DNA from: an archaeon
Lineage (GTDB): Archaea > Iainarchaeota > Iainarchaeia > Iainarchaeales > CSSED10-239
Direction: 5' to 3'
NCBI GenBank assembly: GCA_035387745.1
Contig: DAOOON010000014.1
Span: forward strand, 4,200 to 18,192
Length of the DNA: 13,993 nucleotides
A program made the translations under genes and the position numbers. The notes beneath the pieces are model-generated. The model saw only the letters and a program-made list of their open reading frames with translations. It made no database searches and was not told where the DNA came from. Shown piece after piece: positions 6,540 through 13,741 of this stretch. Each line of letters opens with the position of its first letter. The stretch's first letter is position 1.

Positions 6540-7359
6540 TTCTTTTTCTAAGTTTTTCTATAACAGAATAATTAACAGTATATTCTCCTAATTTATTTTC
6601 AGGGAAATGACTTAGAGAATGGAAATCAGACCCGCCAGTTTCTATAAGCCCCTTTGCCTTTACAATTTCCTTTATTTTTGTAATTAATTTTTCATCTTCT
6701 TTTGGATGCGGTCCTGTTGTTTCAATTCCAGCAAGCCCTTGTTCTTTAAGTTTAGATAAATATGCTTCTATATCATTTTTTGTGGCCCCTGGCAACCACC
6801 AAGGATGTGGCAATACCGCAACACCATTAGCGTTAATAATCTCAGAAATTACTTTTTTTGTAGAGTATCTTTTTGGTTTATAGTCAATTTTGATTTTTTT
6901 AATTATTATCGAGAATGCATCTTGAAGTGTTGGGACATATCCTTTCTTTTTAAGTTCTAGAGCCAGATGCGTTGCTTGTAACAGCTTGTTTGGCCCAACA
7001 AATTGCATCATATCATTTAAATCTATACTATATCCGTTGTCTTTTAACCAATAGAATTTTTGCATAGTTACATCGTTTATAGATTTGGCATTTTCTTCCA
7101 TAATCTTAAGCAATGGTTCATAAGTAGTATCAAAGAAATATCCCAAAATTTCTGTGCTCTCACAATTAATCTCAACTCCCGTTATTAGCTCAATATTTTC
7201 TCTTTCTGCAATTCTTCGCGCAATTGGTAAAGCAGCTATAGAATTGTGGTCTGTAATTGCTAAAGCTTTTAATTTCTTAGAAATTGCTTTTTCAATCAAA
7301 TACTCAGGAGAATGAAAACCATCTGAAAAGTAGGTGTGAGTGTGTAAATCACATTTCAT
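6532..7359 (-). CDS. PHP-domain metal-dependent phosphoesterase (TrpH/YciV-like, COG0613-type)
   Basis: MKCDLHTHTYFSDG....ALAITDHNS is the canonical N-terminal PHP motif set, and GGSDFHS lies near the C-terminus. I chose the start at the ATG at 7359, which gives a PHP domain beginning at residue 3. The ORF-track start at 7398 would overlap the histone gene by 23 nt. The 3' end overlaps the kinase gene by 8 nt. Confidence 0.85.
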   Translation of the reverse strand: MKCDLHTHTYFSDGFHSPEYLIEKAISKKLKALAITDHNSIAALPIARRIAERENIELITGVEINCESTEILGYFFDTTYEPLLKIMEENAKSINDVTMQKFYWLKDNGYSIDLNDMMQFVGPNKLLQATHLALELKKKGYVPTLQDAFSIIIKKIKIDYKPKRYSTKKVISEIINANGVAVLPHPWWLPGATKNDIEAYLSKLKEQGLAGIETTGPHPKEDEKLITKIKEIVKAKGLIETGGSDFHSLSHFPENKLGEYTVNYSVIEKLRKRII

Positions 7360-7375
7360 ATTTAGTTTTTCGCCT

Positions 7376-7585
7376 CTACTGCATAGTCTTTGTTGCAAGC
7401 TTAATGTCTTCGCCGGTTATTGTTTTTCTTTTGGCGTGTTTTGCAAGTTCAATTGCCTGCTTAGAGATGTCCATTGCAACCTCAGAAAGTATTTTACTAA
7501 GTTCTTCTGCCGCATCTTCTGAAACTCTCTCTGCTCCTGCCTTTCTTATAAGCCTATCAATTGCTGCCACTGGTAAATCTGTCAT
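7376..7585 (-). CDS. archaeal histone (HMfA/B family, 69 aa)
   Basis: MTDLPVAAIDRLIRKAGAERVSEDAAEELSKILSEVAMDISKQAIELAKHAKRKTITGEDIKLA aligns almost position for position with HMfB ([63 protein letters not shown]). A GGGGG ribosome-binding site lies 7 nt upstream. Confidence 0.95.
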   Translation of the reverse strand: MTDLPVAAIDRLIRKAGAERVSEDAAEELSKILSEVAMDISKQAIELAKHAKRKTITGEDIKLATKTMQ

Positions 7586-7695
7586 AAAATAACCCCCATA
7601 TTTAATTTAAATGAAATTTAACGCTTTTTATAATAAAATGATACTTCAAAAGCTTTTTAAACAAAACCCCTAAAATATATATAAGGGGGCAATTT

Positions 7696-8568
7696 ATGAC
7701 ATTGATGGATTCTATTCTTTTGCAGATTAATCAAAAGAAGACAAGTTTTAATGAGCTACTTACACGAATCATACCTAATTATTCAAGTACAGAATCTGCT
7801 AGAGCCGCTCTTTCAAGAGTTATAAAAAATCTAGTATCTTTTGGTTATATTCAAAAGACTGAAGATTTTTTTGAAATAACAGAAAAAGGCAAAAAAATAG
7901 TAGAGTCAAAGCTTCAGAACAAAATGTTAAATAATATTAATAGCATTAACGATCTTTTACAGAAATCTCAACCTGCAAAGTCTTTACAATATCTTGATGA
8001 CATTGTTAGAAATCTTCAGATATTTCTAGAAAGATCAAAAGAAGATACAACTCTTCTTAAGATTGGTAAGACCAGTGCAACATTTTATATCTCTGATCTA
8101 GAGGATATTAAAAAAAATGTAGAAACAAGACTAATTAATTTTGAACAGTCTTTGGATAGGCAGATTATGGCTCTTAAGGATCTTAATTTTGAGGATCAGT
8201 TTATTATTAATCTTGATGAAAATGCCTTTTCTTTGATTAAGGAACTATCAGAAAACAATAATATTTCAGAACTAGTAATTGATTGTGATAAAACAGACAT
8301 TAACTCTGGAATGCTTTTTGAAACCCATTCTGAATTTACAAAAAAACCAGATAATGTTTTCGTGCTTAAGCTTTCAGATATTGCTATTTTGAAAAAACTA
8401 CTTCTCTCAAGATTAGATATCATTATGCAGACCAGATTTAAAGTATATATTAAAGAAATAGTAATTTATCTTAAAATAGGCAAACTTTACTTTACTGGCC
8501 CATATAATCAGATATTAGCAATTAAAGAAAACTATCAAAAGAAAACAAAAAGTCAGGAGAAAAAATAA
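7696..8568 (+). CDS. hypothetical protein with an N-terminal winged-helix DNA-binding domain and an uncharacterised C-terminal region (290 aa)
   Basis: A GGGGG ribosome-binding site lies 6 nt upstream. The N-terminal FNELLTRI....ARAALSRVIKNLVSFGYIQKTEDFFEITEKGKKIVE looks like a MarR/PadR/TrmB-type wHTH with a wing. A probable coiled coil follows, then about 170 residues with no motif I recognise. The stop abuts the next ATG (TAAATG). Confidence 0.65.
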   Translation: MTLMDSILLQINQKKTSFNELLTRIIPNYSSTESARAALSRVIKNLVSFGYIQKTEDFFEITEKGKKIVESKLQNKMLNNINSINDLLQKSQPAKSLQYLDDIVRNLQIFLERSKEDTTLLKIGKTSATFYISDLEDIKKNVETRLINFEQSLDRQIMALKDLNFEDQFIINLDENAFSLIKELSENNNISELVIDCDKTDINSGMLFETHSEFTKKPDNVFVLKLSDIAILKKLLLSRLDIIMQTRFKVYIKEIVIYLKIGKLYFTGPYNQILAIKENYQKKTKSQEKK

Positions 8569-9231
8569 ATGAAAATTGAATATATAGGTCATTCTTGTTT
8601 TGTTATAAGTTATCAAAATCACAATATTTTGATTGATCCCTTTATTTCTAAAAACCCAATGCTTAAAGCAAATCTTGAAAATTTCACTCCTGATTTAATT
8701 CTTGTAAGTCACGATCATTTCGATCATGTTGGGGATACAGAAAGTATTGCAAAAGCGAATAACAGTACAGTTGTCTGTGAAAACGCTCTTGGCGAAAAAC
8801 TAAAAGAAAAAGGGTTATGGGTTCTGTCAGGAACAATTGGAGATACCATAAACTACAAAGGTATAGAAGTAACTTTTGTTAAAGCGATTCATCGTTCAGA
8901 TAATGGAATAGCCACTGGGTTAATTATAAAAACAGAAGAGCACACAATATATTTTGCAGGAGATACAGATTATTTTATAGAAATAAAAGAAATTGCAGAA
9001 AATTTTAAGCCAGATATTGCAATTCTTCCAATAGGCGGAGTTTATACAATTGATCCAAAAGGCGCAATTGAGTTTTTAAAAGAGCTAAAACCAAAGTTTG
9101 TAATTCCAATGCATTATAAGACCTTTATGAATCTTTATGGTACGCCAGAACAATTACAAGAACTAATAGAAAAAGAAAATCTAGATATAAAACAAATAAC
9201 ATTAGATTTTGGTCAATCAATAGAAATTTAA
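8569..9231 (+). CDS. UPF0173-family metal-dependent hydrolase (metallo-beta-lactamase fold, 220 aa)
   Basis: MKIEYIGHSCFVI....ILIDPF......LILVSHDHFDHVGDTESIAK....FAGDT......DIAILPIGG..T.....A......P..VIPMHY.TF matches UPF0173 proteins such as B. subtilis YtkL along the full length. The HxHxDH motif is present as HDHFDH. Confidence 0.9.
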   Translation: MKIEYIGHSCFVISYQNHNILIDPFISKNPMLKANLENFTPDLILVSHDHFDHVGDTESIAKANNSTVVCENALGEKLKEKGLWVLSGTIGDTINYKGIEVTFVKAIHRSDNGIATGLIIKTEEHTIYFAGDTDYFIEIKEIAENFKPDIAILPIGGVYTIDPKGAIEFLKELKPKFVIPMHYKTFMNLYGTPEQLQELIEKENLDIKQITLDFGQSIEI

Positions 9232-9240
9232 AAAAGCTCT

Positions 9241-9311
9241 GCAACTATAGTCTAGTGGTAGGATGCAAGCTTCCCAAGCTTGCGGCTCGGGTTCGAATCC
9301 CGGTAGTTGCA
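9241..9311 (+). tRNA. tRNA-Gly: tRNA-Gly (anticodon CCC), 71 nt, no encoded CCA, no intron
   Basis: Manual cloverleaf fold. Acceptor stem GCAACTA/TAGTTGC has 7 perfect pairs. D-arm is GTCT-AGTGGTA-GGAT. Anticodon stem CAAGC/GCTTG carries loop TTCCCAA, giving anticodon CCC. The variable loop is 4 nt. T-arm is TCGGG-TTCGAAT-CCCGG. The discriminator is A. Confidence 0.9.
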
Positions 9312-9345
9312 TATGTTTAATTCTGAAAAAAAAAGGAGATATAAA

Positions 9346-10683
9346 ATGAAAATAAGATATTATGAAAAAATCGGGCTTTGTGCTCCAAGAGTGTTATTGC
9401 CAAAAGATATTGATTATAAAAAATGGGCTGTTGTTGCTTGCGATCAATACACCTCAGAACCAGAATATTGGAATTCTGTTAAAGAGATTGTAGGAAGTAA
9501 TCCTTCAACATTAAATATAATTTTTCCAGAGATTTATCTAGAAGATGAAGACAAATCCGAAAGAATAAAATCTATTGTAAAGAATATGAAAGAATATGTT
9601 TCTAATAAATTATTTGAAGACTATAATGGTTTTGTTTATGTTGAACGAAAAATAAAAGACAAAGTGCGAAAAGGATTGGTCGTTGCTTTAGATCTAGAAA
9701 AATACGATTATCGCATAGGTTCAACAACACTTGTCAGAGCAACAGAAGGCACAATTCTAGATAGGCTTCCACCAAGAATAGAGATTAGAAAAGATGCGCC
9801 GTTAGAGTTGCCACACATCATGGTATTAATTGATGATTCGAAAGGCAAAGTAATAAATATTATGTCAGAAAACAAACAGGACTTTGAGAAACTTTATTCT
9901 TTTGATCTTATGAAAAATGGGGGGCATATTTCTGGATATTTGATTTCTAAAAAATTCGAGAAAAAAGCAGCAAGGGCTTTAGAGAAATTAATAGTTCCTG
10001 AAAAGTTTAAAAAAAGATATAAGCTAGAGAAAGCTTATTCTCCTCTTCTTTACGCAGTAGGCGATGGAAACCATTCTCTTGCAACAGCTAAAGCAGTCTG
10101 GGAGATTATTAAAAAAGAAGCGGAAAGTAAAAACGAGATTATGAATCATCCTGCAAGATACGCTTTAATAGAGCTAGTTAATCTTCATGACGAGTCTTTA
10201 GAGTTTGAAGCAATTCATAGGGTTTTGTTTAATCTTAAAAAAGATATAATTAAAGAGATGAAAAGCCATTTTGAAGAGTCTTTTAAATTTTCTAAAAAAT
10301 CAAAAGAAGAAGTAATGGAAATTATTAAAACCAAGAAAAGCAAAGACAAACATTTTATTGGTTTAATTACTGATAACCCTAAGAAAACAGGCATAATAAA
10401 AATAATAAATCCTAAATCTAATATCCCCGTAGGAACAATACAGGAATTCCTGGACAACTTTGGAAGAAACGGCGGCTTTGAGAAAATAGATTATGTACAC
10501 GGTGACGATGTCCTTTGTACGCTTGGCCAAAAACCAAACAATGCAGGCATTTATCTACCAACCATTCAAAAGAAGCAATTCTTCAAAAGCGTTATTGTTG
10601 ACGGAGCCCTTCCCCGTAAAACCTTTTCTATGGGAGAAGCACACGAAAAACGATATTATCTAGAGGCGCGAAAAATTAGGTAA
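9346..10683 (+). CDS. DUF1015-like protein (445 aa from the chosen start)
   Basis: I chose the start at the ATG at 9346, preceded by AAGGAG 7 nt upstream. The ORF-track start at 9307 would overlap the tRNA. Segments resemble my recollection of DUF1015/COG4198: RKGLVVALDLEKY....LVRATEGTILDRLPPRIEIRKDAPLELPHIMVLIDD, YAVGDGNHSLATA, and the C-terminal LPRKTFSMGEAHEKRYYLE. Confidence 0.6.
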   Translation: MKIRYYEKIGLCAPRVLLPKDIDYKKWAVVACDQYTSEPEYWNSVKEIVGSNPSTLNIIFPEIYLEDEDKSERIKSIVKNMKEYVSNKLFEDYNGFVYVERKIKDKVRKGLVVALDLEKYDYRIGSTTLVRATEGTILDRLPPRIEIRKDAPLELPHIMVLIDDSKGKVINIMSENKQDFEKLYSFDLMKNGGHISGYLISKKFEKKAARALEKLIVPEKFKKRYKLEKAYSPLLYAVGDGNHSLATAKAVWEIIKKEAESKNEIMNHPARYALIELVNLHDESLEFEAIHRVLFNLKKDIIKEMKSHFEESFKFSKKSKEEVMEIIKTKKSKDKHFIGLITDNPKKTGIIKIINPKSNIPVGTIQEFLDNFGRNGGFEKIDYVHGDDVLCTLGQKPNNAGIYLPTIQKKQFFKSVIVDGALPRKTFSMGEAHEKRYYLEARKIR

Positions 10684-10749
10684 TCTCCTAAGTATTACAC
10701 CCAGTATTTAAATAATATGGTTTAAGAAATATTATTTGGAGGAAAAAAA

Positions 10750-11676
10750 ATGAGTTTTAAAGAACAATTGGAAAAAATAAAAGATAATTGGTTTTTGCTG
10801 GTTTTAGCAATAATAATTGTAATGATTATGTTATTTACAATGTCAGGCTTAGGATCAATCTCTAGAGGCTATTCTTCTACAAATTATGCTATGGATGTTT
10901 CTTCAGACAGTATGTCTGCTTATGTTGGATCTCCATCATATTATGGTTATAATCAGCCCGCGGGGCCATCTACATTTTCACCAGAACAGATATACAGACA
11001 GGTTATAAAAAACTCAAACATGGGTTTAGAAATTAAAGTTGGTAAGTTTCAAGAGACTGATGCACAATTAAAATCCTATATTTCAAGTAAAGGTGCCTTT
11101 ATTCTTAAAGAGAACATAAACACAAATACTGCAAACAATAAATACATATATACTGGAAGCTACACAATAAAAGTAAAAGTAAGCGATTATGATTCAGTTA
11201 TTTCTCAACTTAAAACATTAGGGAAAGTAACAAGTTTAAATGAAGGAGAAGACGACGTTACTGGTAAATACACAAATAATAAATTAGAGTTAGAAGTAGA
11301 AAAAGAAAGACTTCTAAGATATAAAGAAATGTATGCCCAAGCCACAAAGATGGAGGACAAATTAAATCTAAACGATAGAATTTTTAATCAAGAAAGAACA
11401 ATTGCATATCTAGAGGATTCTTTAAAAAGTATAGAGGAAAGAGTTGACTATTCAACAATTAATTTAACTATAAGAGAAAAATCAGACTACATAGGAATTG
11501 CCTTTATAAAATTGGCAACATTAGTTAAAGCCTTTGTGAGCAGTACAAATGCGTTATTACAATTTATTGCAGGAATACTTCCTTGGGCGCTTGTTGCAGG
11601 CGTTGTTTATTTTATTGTAGTAGCAATAAAAAAACGAAACAAATCAAAAGAGTCTTTAAGCCAAAAGAAGAAATAA
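10750..11676 (+). CDS. DUF4349-like membrane protein (308 aa)
   Basis: A GGAGG ribosome-binding site lies upstream. There is an N-terminal TM segment (WFLLVLAIIIVMIMLFTM) and a C-terminal TM segment (ILPWALVAGVVYFIVVAI). The core YTIKVKVSDYDSVISQLKTLGKVTSLNEGEDDVTGKYTNNKLELEVEKERLLRYKEMYAQA...VDYSTINLTIRE fits the DUF4349 pattern (..l.V....f......l..lG.v.s.....DVT..y.D....l......rl..ll.kA...v.ySti.l.l.e). Confidence 0.75.
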   Translation: MSFKEQLEKIKDNWFLLVLAIIIVMIMLFTMSGLGSISRGYSSTNYAMDVSSDSMSAYVGSPSYYGYNQPAGPSTFSPEQIYRQVIKNSNMGLEIKVGKFQETDAQLKSYISSKGAFILKENINTNTANNKYIYTGSYTIKVKVSDYDSVISQLKTLGKVTSLNEGEDDVTGKYTNNKLELEVEKERLLRYKEMYAQATKMEDKLNLNDRIFNQERTIAYLEDSLKSIEERVDYSTINLTIREKSDYIGIAFIKLATLVKAFVSSTNALLQFIAGILPWALVAGVVYFIVVAIKKRNKSKESLSQKKK

Positions 11677-11694
11677 TTTTTCTTCTTTTCTTTT
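11677..11694 (+). terminator. oligo-T / T-rich tract after the DUF4349-like gene
   Basis: tttttcttcttttctttt starts immediately after the stop codon, as expected for archaeal oligo-T termination. Confidence 0.4.
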
Positions 11695-11707
11695 ATATTT
11701 GAGTATT

Positions 11708-12163
11708 ATGCCGCCAATAAAAAGACCAGCAGGGTATATGAAATATCGTCAAAGAAGAAAACAAAATATCGATAGGCTTAGGAATATTTTTAAAGAACAT
11801 GGCGCAAACTACAAGTTGTTTAGAGAAAAAGGCTTTAGTGCTTCTGAAGTTGCAGGAATAGAATACAATTATTTGCCAAAAAAAGAAATAATTGAGCTAT
11901 TCAGAAACAAAAATCCAAAAGCCACAGCAAAGCAAAAAGAATCGCAATTAACTTATGAGCAACTAGAGCAGATTAGAAGATTTAGAATTCCTGCAAAAAA
12001 ACTTCTTGAGGTAGGCTATACGCCTTTAGAGCTACTAGCCGCTAAATATTCTTATGCAGATTTAAGGGTTGCTGGCGTTGACGTTATTACTCTAAAAAAG
12101 AAAGTAGATGCCTTTAAATCCCAAGTAAAAGAAATCTCAGAAATAAAGAAAGCAAAAAGATAA
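11708..12163 (+). CDS. small basic hypothetical protein with internal G-[FY]-[ST]-x-x-E-L-like repeats (151 aa from the ATG)
   Basis: The ORF track starts at a TTG (11699); the first ATG is at 11708. The N-terminus is highly basic (MPPIKRPAGYMKYRQRRKQNIDRLR). Recurrent short units are KGFSASEVAG, VGYTPLELLAA, AKYSYADLRVAG and GVDVITLKK. The tail is K-rich. I recognise no family. Confidence 0.6.
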   Translation: MPPIKRPAGYMKYRQRRKQNIDRLRNIFKEHGANYKLFREKGFSASEVAGIEYNYLPKKEIIELFRNKNPKATAKQKESQLTYEQLEQIRRFRIPAKKLLEVGYTPLELLAAKYSYADLRVAGVDVITLKKKVDAFKSQVKEISEIKKAKR

Positions 12164-12197
12164 TTTGCTATTTTTACAATTTGCACTTCATTTTTAA

Positions 12198-12238
12198 CAA
12201 AAAGTCAGACTTTTTGCTTAAATTTTGATGCAAAAAGC
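12198..12238. promoter_or_regulatory. three copies of a CAAAAAG motif forming two mutually exclusive inverted repeats
   Basis: caaaaagtc (12198-12206), a, gactttttg (12208-12216) form a perfect 9+1+9 palindrome. ctttttgc (12210-12217) is also complementary to gcaaaaag (12230-12237). The element lies 55-95 nt upstream of the AAA+ gene's ATG and 35 nt or more downstream of the previous stop. Confidence 0.4.
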
Positions 12239-12292
12239 ACAATTTTAACGATTTCTTTAAAAACATTTCTGGCAATAACATATTTGATAAAT

Positions 12293-13552
12293 ATGTTTGA
12301 AATATACAAAATTCAAAATCAACATTGGGAAAATAAGTTATATGATTTTCCAATTAAGAGAAGAATTTTGGAAACTTTAAAAAGAGAATTATTGAATCAT
12401 AAATTAATTCTTTCAATAGAAGGCCCAAGAAGGGTTGGCAAATCAGTTTTAATAAAGCAATTAATAAATTATCTTATAGAGAAAAAAGTGCCTTCAACAA
12501 ACATATTTTATTTTTCTTTTGATAAACTTGATAAAAAGATATTAGATACATTAAAGGATTATGAAGAATTATCCGGTATATCATTAAGAGAAGAAAAAAC
12601 CTATTTATTTTTTGATGAAATTCAAAAAATTAAAGATTGGCAATCTGATATTAAGATAATTTATGATAATTACCCTAATATAAAGTTAGTAGTAAGTGGG
12701 TCTACATTAAGAGTTAGTAAAAAAGAAAGTCTTGCAGGGCGATTGGTGGATTTTTTTGTTAATCCTTTATCTTTTGAAGAATATCTTATATTTTCGGGCA
12801 AAGAAAAACTATTAGATTCAGGAATGGATTATATTTTCGAAAAAGAATATAATAATTATTTATTTAGACAATATCCAGATATTGTTTTAAATAAAGATAT
12901 TGATTCTAAGCAATACCTTTTATTAATTTTACAAAAAGTAATTTTTGAAGATTCTGAAAAGTATATTAAAAATGTAGACAAAGATATTTTGTATAAAATT
13001 TGTATGGTTATATTAAGAGATCCAGGAGAAATAATTAATTATTCTGATTTATCAAAAGATCTGGGCGTGAAAAGAGGCGAAGTTTCAAAATATATTGATT
13101 TTTTAGTTAATTCTAGCATTATAAGAAAAATTTATAATTTTTCAAATAACTCTCGAAAGCTAGAAATTAAATCTAAAAAGTTCTATCCATATTGTACATC
13201 ACTAACAAGAGCAATAACCGATAATCCAGATATGAGTAAGATTATAGAAACGGATGTTTGTTTTCAATTAGATGCAAAATATTTTTTAAATAACAAAGGT
13301 AAAGAAGAAATTGATTTTTTATTAATAGATCCAATCACTTCTAAAAAAATAGGCGTAGAAGTAAAATATAGAAATTTGATTACAAACAAAGACACAAATG
13401 CATTTAAGTCTGTAATTGTAAAAAAACTAAATTTAAGCAAAAAAATAATAATTGTAAAAGCAGAATCAAAATTAGACTTTAATACAAAAGAAATAATCCC
13501 TATAAAGTATTTTTCAATCTTTAGGCACAAATCAGAATTTGATTTGAAATAA
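12293..13552 (+). CDS. AAA+ superfamily ATPase of the COG1373 type (AAA_14 + DUF4143-like) with a C-terminal PD-(D/E)xK-like nuclease motif
   Basis: The ORF-track start at 12284 is a TTG; the first ATG is at 12293. Walker A is GPRRVGKS and Walker B is YLFFDEIQ. Sensor-like VVSGS is present, and a central wHTH-like segment (INYSDLSKDLGVKRGEVSKYIDFLVNSSII). The C-terminus carries E..D..(EIDFLL)...IGVEVKY, that is D-x(n)-E-x-K. Confidence 0.85.
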   Translation: MFEIYKIQNQHWENKLYDFPIKRRILETLKRELLNHKLILSIEGPRRVGKSVLIKQLINYLIEKKVPSTNIFYFSFDKLDKKILDTLKDYEELSGISLREEKTYLFFDEIQKIKDWQSDIKIIYDNYPNIKLVVSGSTLRVSKKESLAGRLVDFFVNPLSFEEYLIFSGKEKLLDSGMDYIFEKEYNNYLFRQYPDIVLNKDIDSKQYLLLILQKVIFEDSEKYIKNVDKDILYKICMVILRDPGEIINYSDLSKDLGVKRGEVSKYIDFLVNSSIIRKIYNFSNNSRKLEIKSKKFYPYCTSLTRAITDNPDMSKIIETDVCFQLDAKYFLNNKGKEEIDFLLIDPITSKKIGVEVKYRNLITNKDTNAFKSVIVKKLNLSKKIIIVKAESKLDFNTKEIIPIKYFSIFRHKSEFDLK

Positions 13553-13741
13553 TTAATTTTGCTGATGAATATGTCTAAACAAGAAAAAAATAAAAAAGTT
13601 AAAATTTTTTAGAAAAACTAAACAAAAGAAGTACAGACGCAAAGAATAAATCAAATGTTCTATCATTTAAGAGTATATAATTTCTATTAAGCAGTTCTAA
13701 TTATATCCAAATATTAAAAAATCGATATATTTATAAAATCG

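Noticed and set aside
7284-7592. Plus-strand ORFs of 102 aa and 60 aa (7284-7592, 7340-7522) covering the histone locus
   Set aside because: They are antisense to a histone gene with near-perfect family similarity. Their translations are low-complexity and Cys/Ser/Phe-rich, with no ribosome-binding site. These are shadow ORFs.
8196-8423. Minus-strand 75-aa ORF inside the wHTH gene; likewise 10215-10457 and 13264-13530 inside the DUF1015-like and AAA+ genes
   Set aside because: All are antisense to longer ORFs with better support. They have no ribosome-binding sites and low-complexity translations.
9307-9345. N-terminal extension (MHMFNSEKKRRYK) of the DUF1015-like ORF
   Set aside because: The extended start would overlap the last 5 nt of the tRNA gene. 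The ATG at 9346 has a properly spaced AAGGAG site and gives a more plausible N-terminus.
10712-10739. 9-bp A/T-only inverted repeat (aaataatat … atattattt) upstream of the DUF4349-like gene
   Set aside because: It consists only of A and T in a highly AT-rich spacer, so such dyads are expected by chance. It overlaps a likely TATA region, so no separate function is needed.
11699-11707. TTG starts used by the ORF track at 11699 and 12284
   Set aside because: In-frame ATGs lie 3 codons downstream in both cases (11708, 12293). Without evidence for TTG initiation, the ATGs are the conservative choice. The difference is only 3 residues either way.
13559-13570. TGATGA (C-box-like) sequence suggesting a C/D box sRNA
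   Set aside because: No CTGA D box lies at the expected 45-70 nt downstream, there is no C'/D' pair, and no terminal stem. This is most likely a chance match.
13566-13613. 15-codon ORF MNMSKQEKNKKVKIF in the long spacer
   Set aside because: It is too short, is lysine-rich as expected from A-rich sequence, and has no ribosome-binding site. It is noted only as part of the long-spacer finding.
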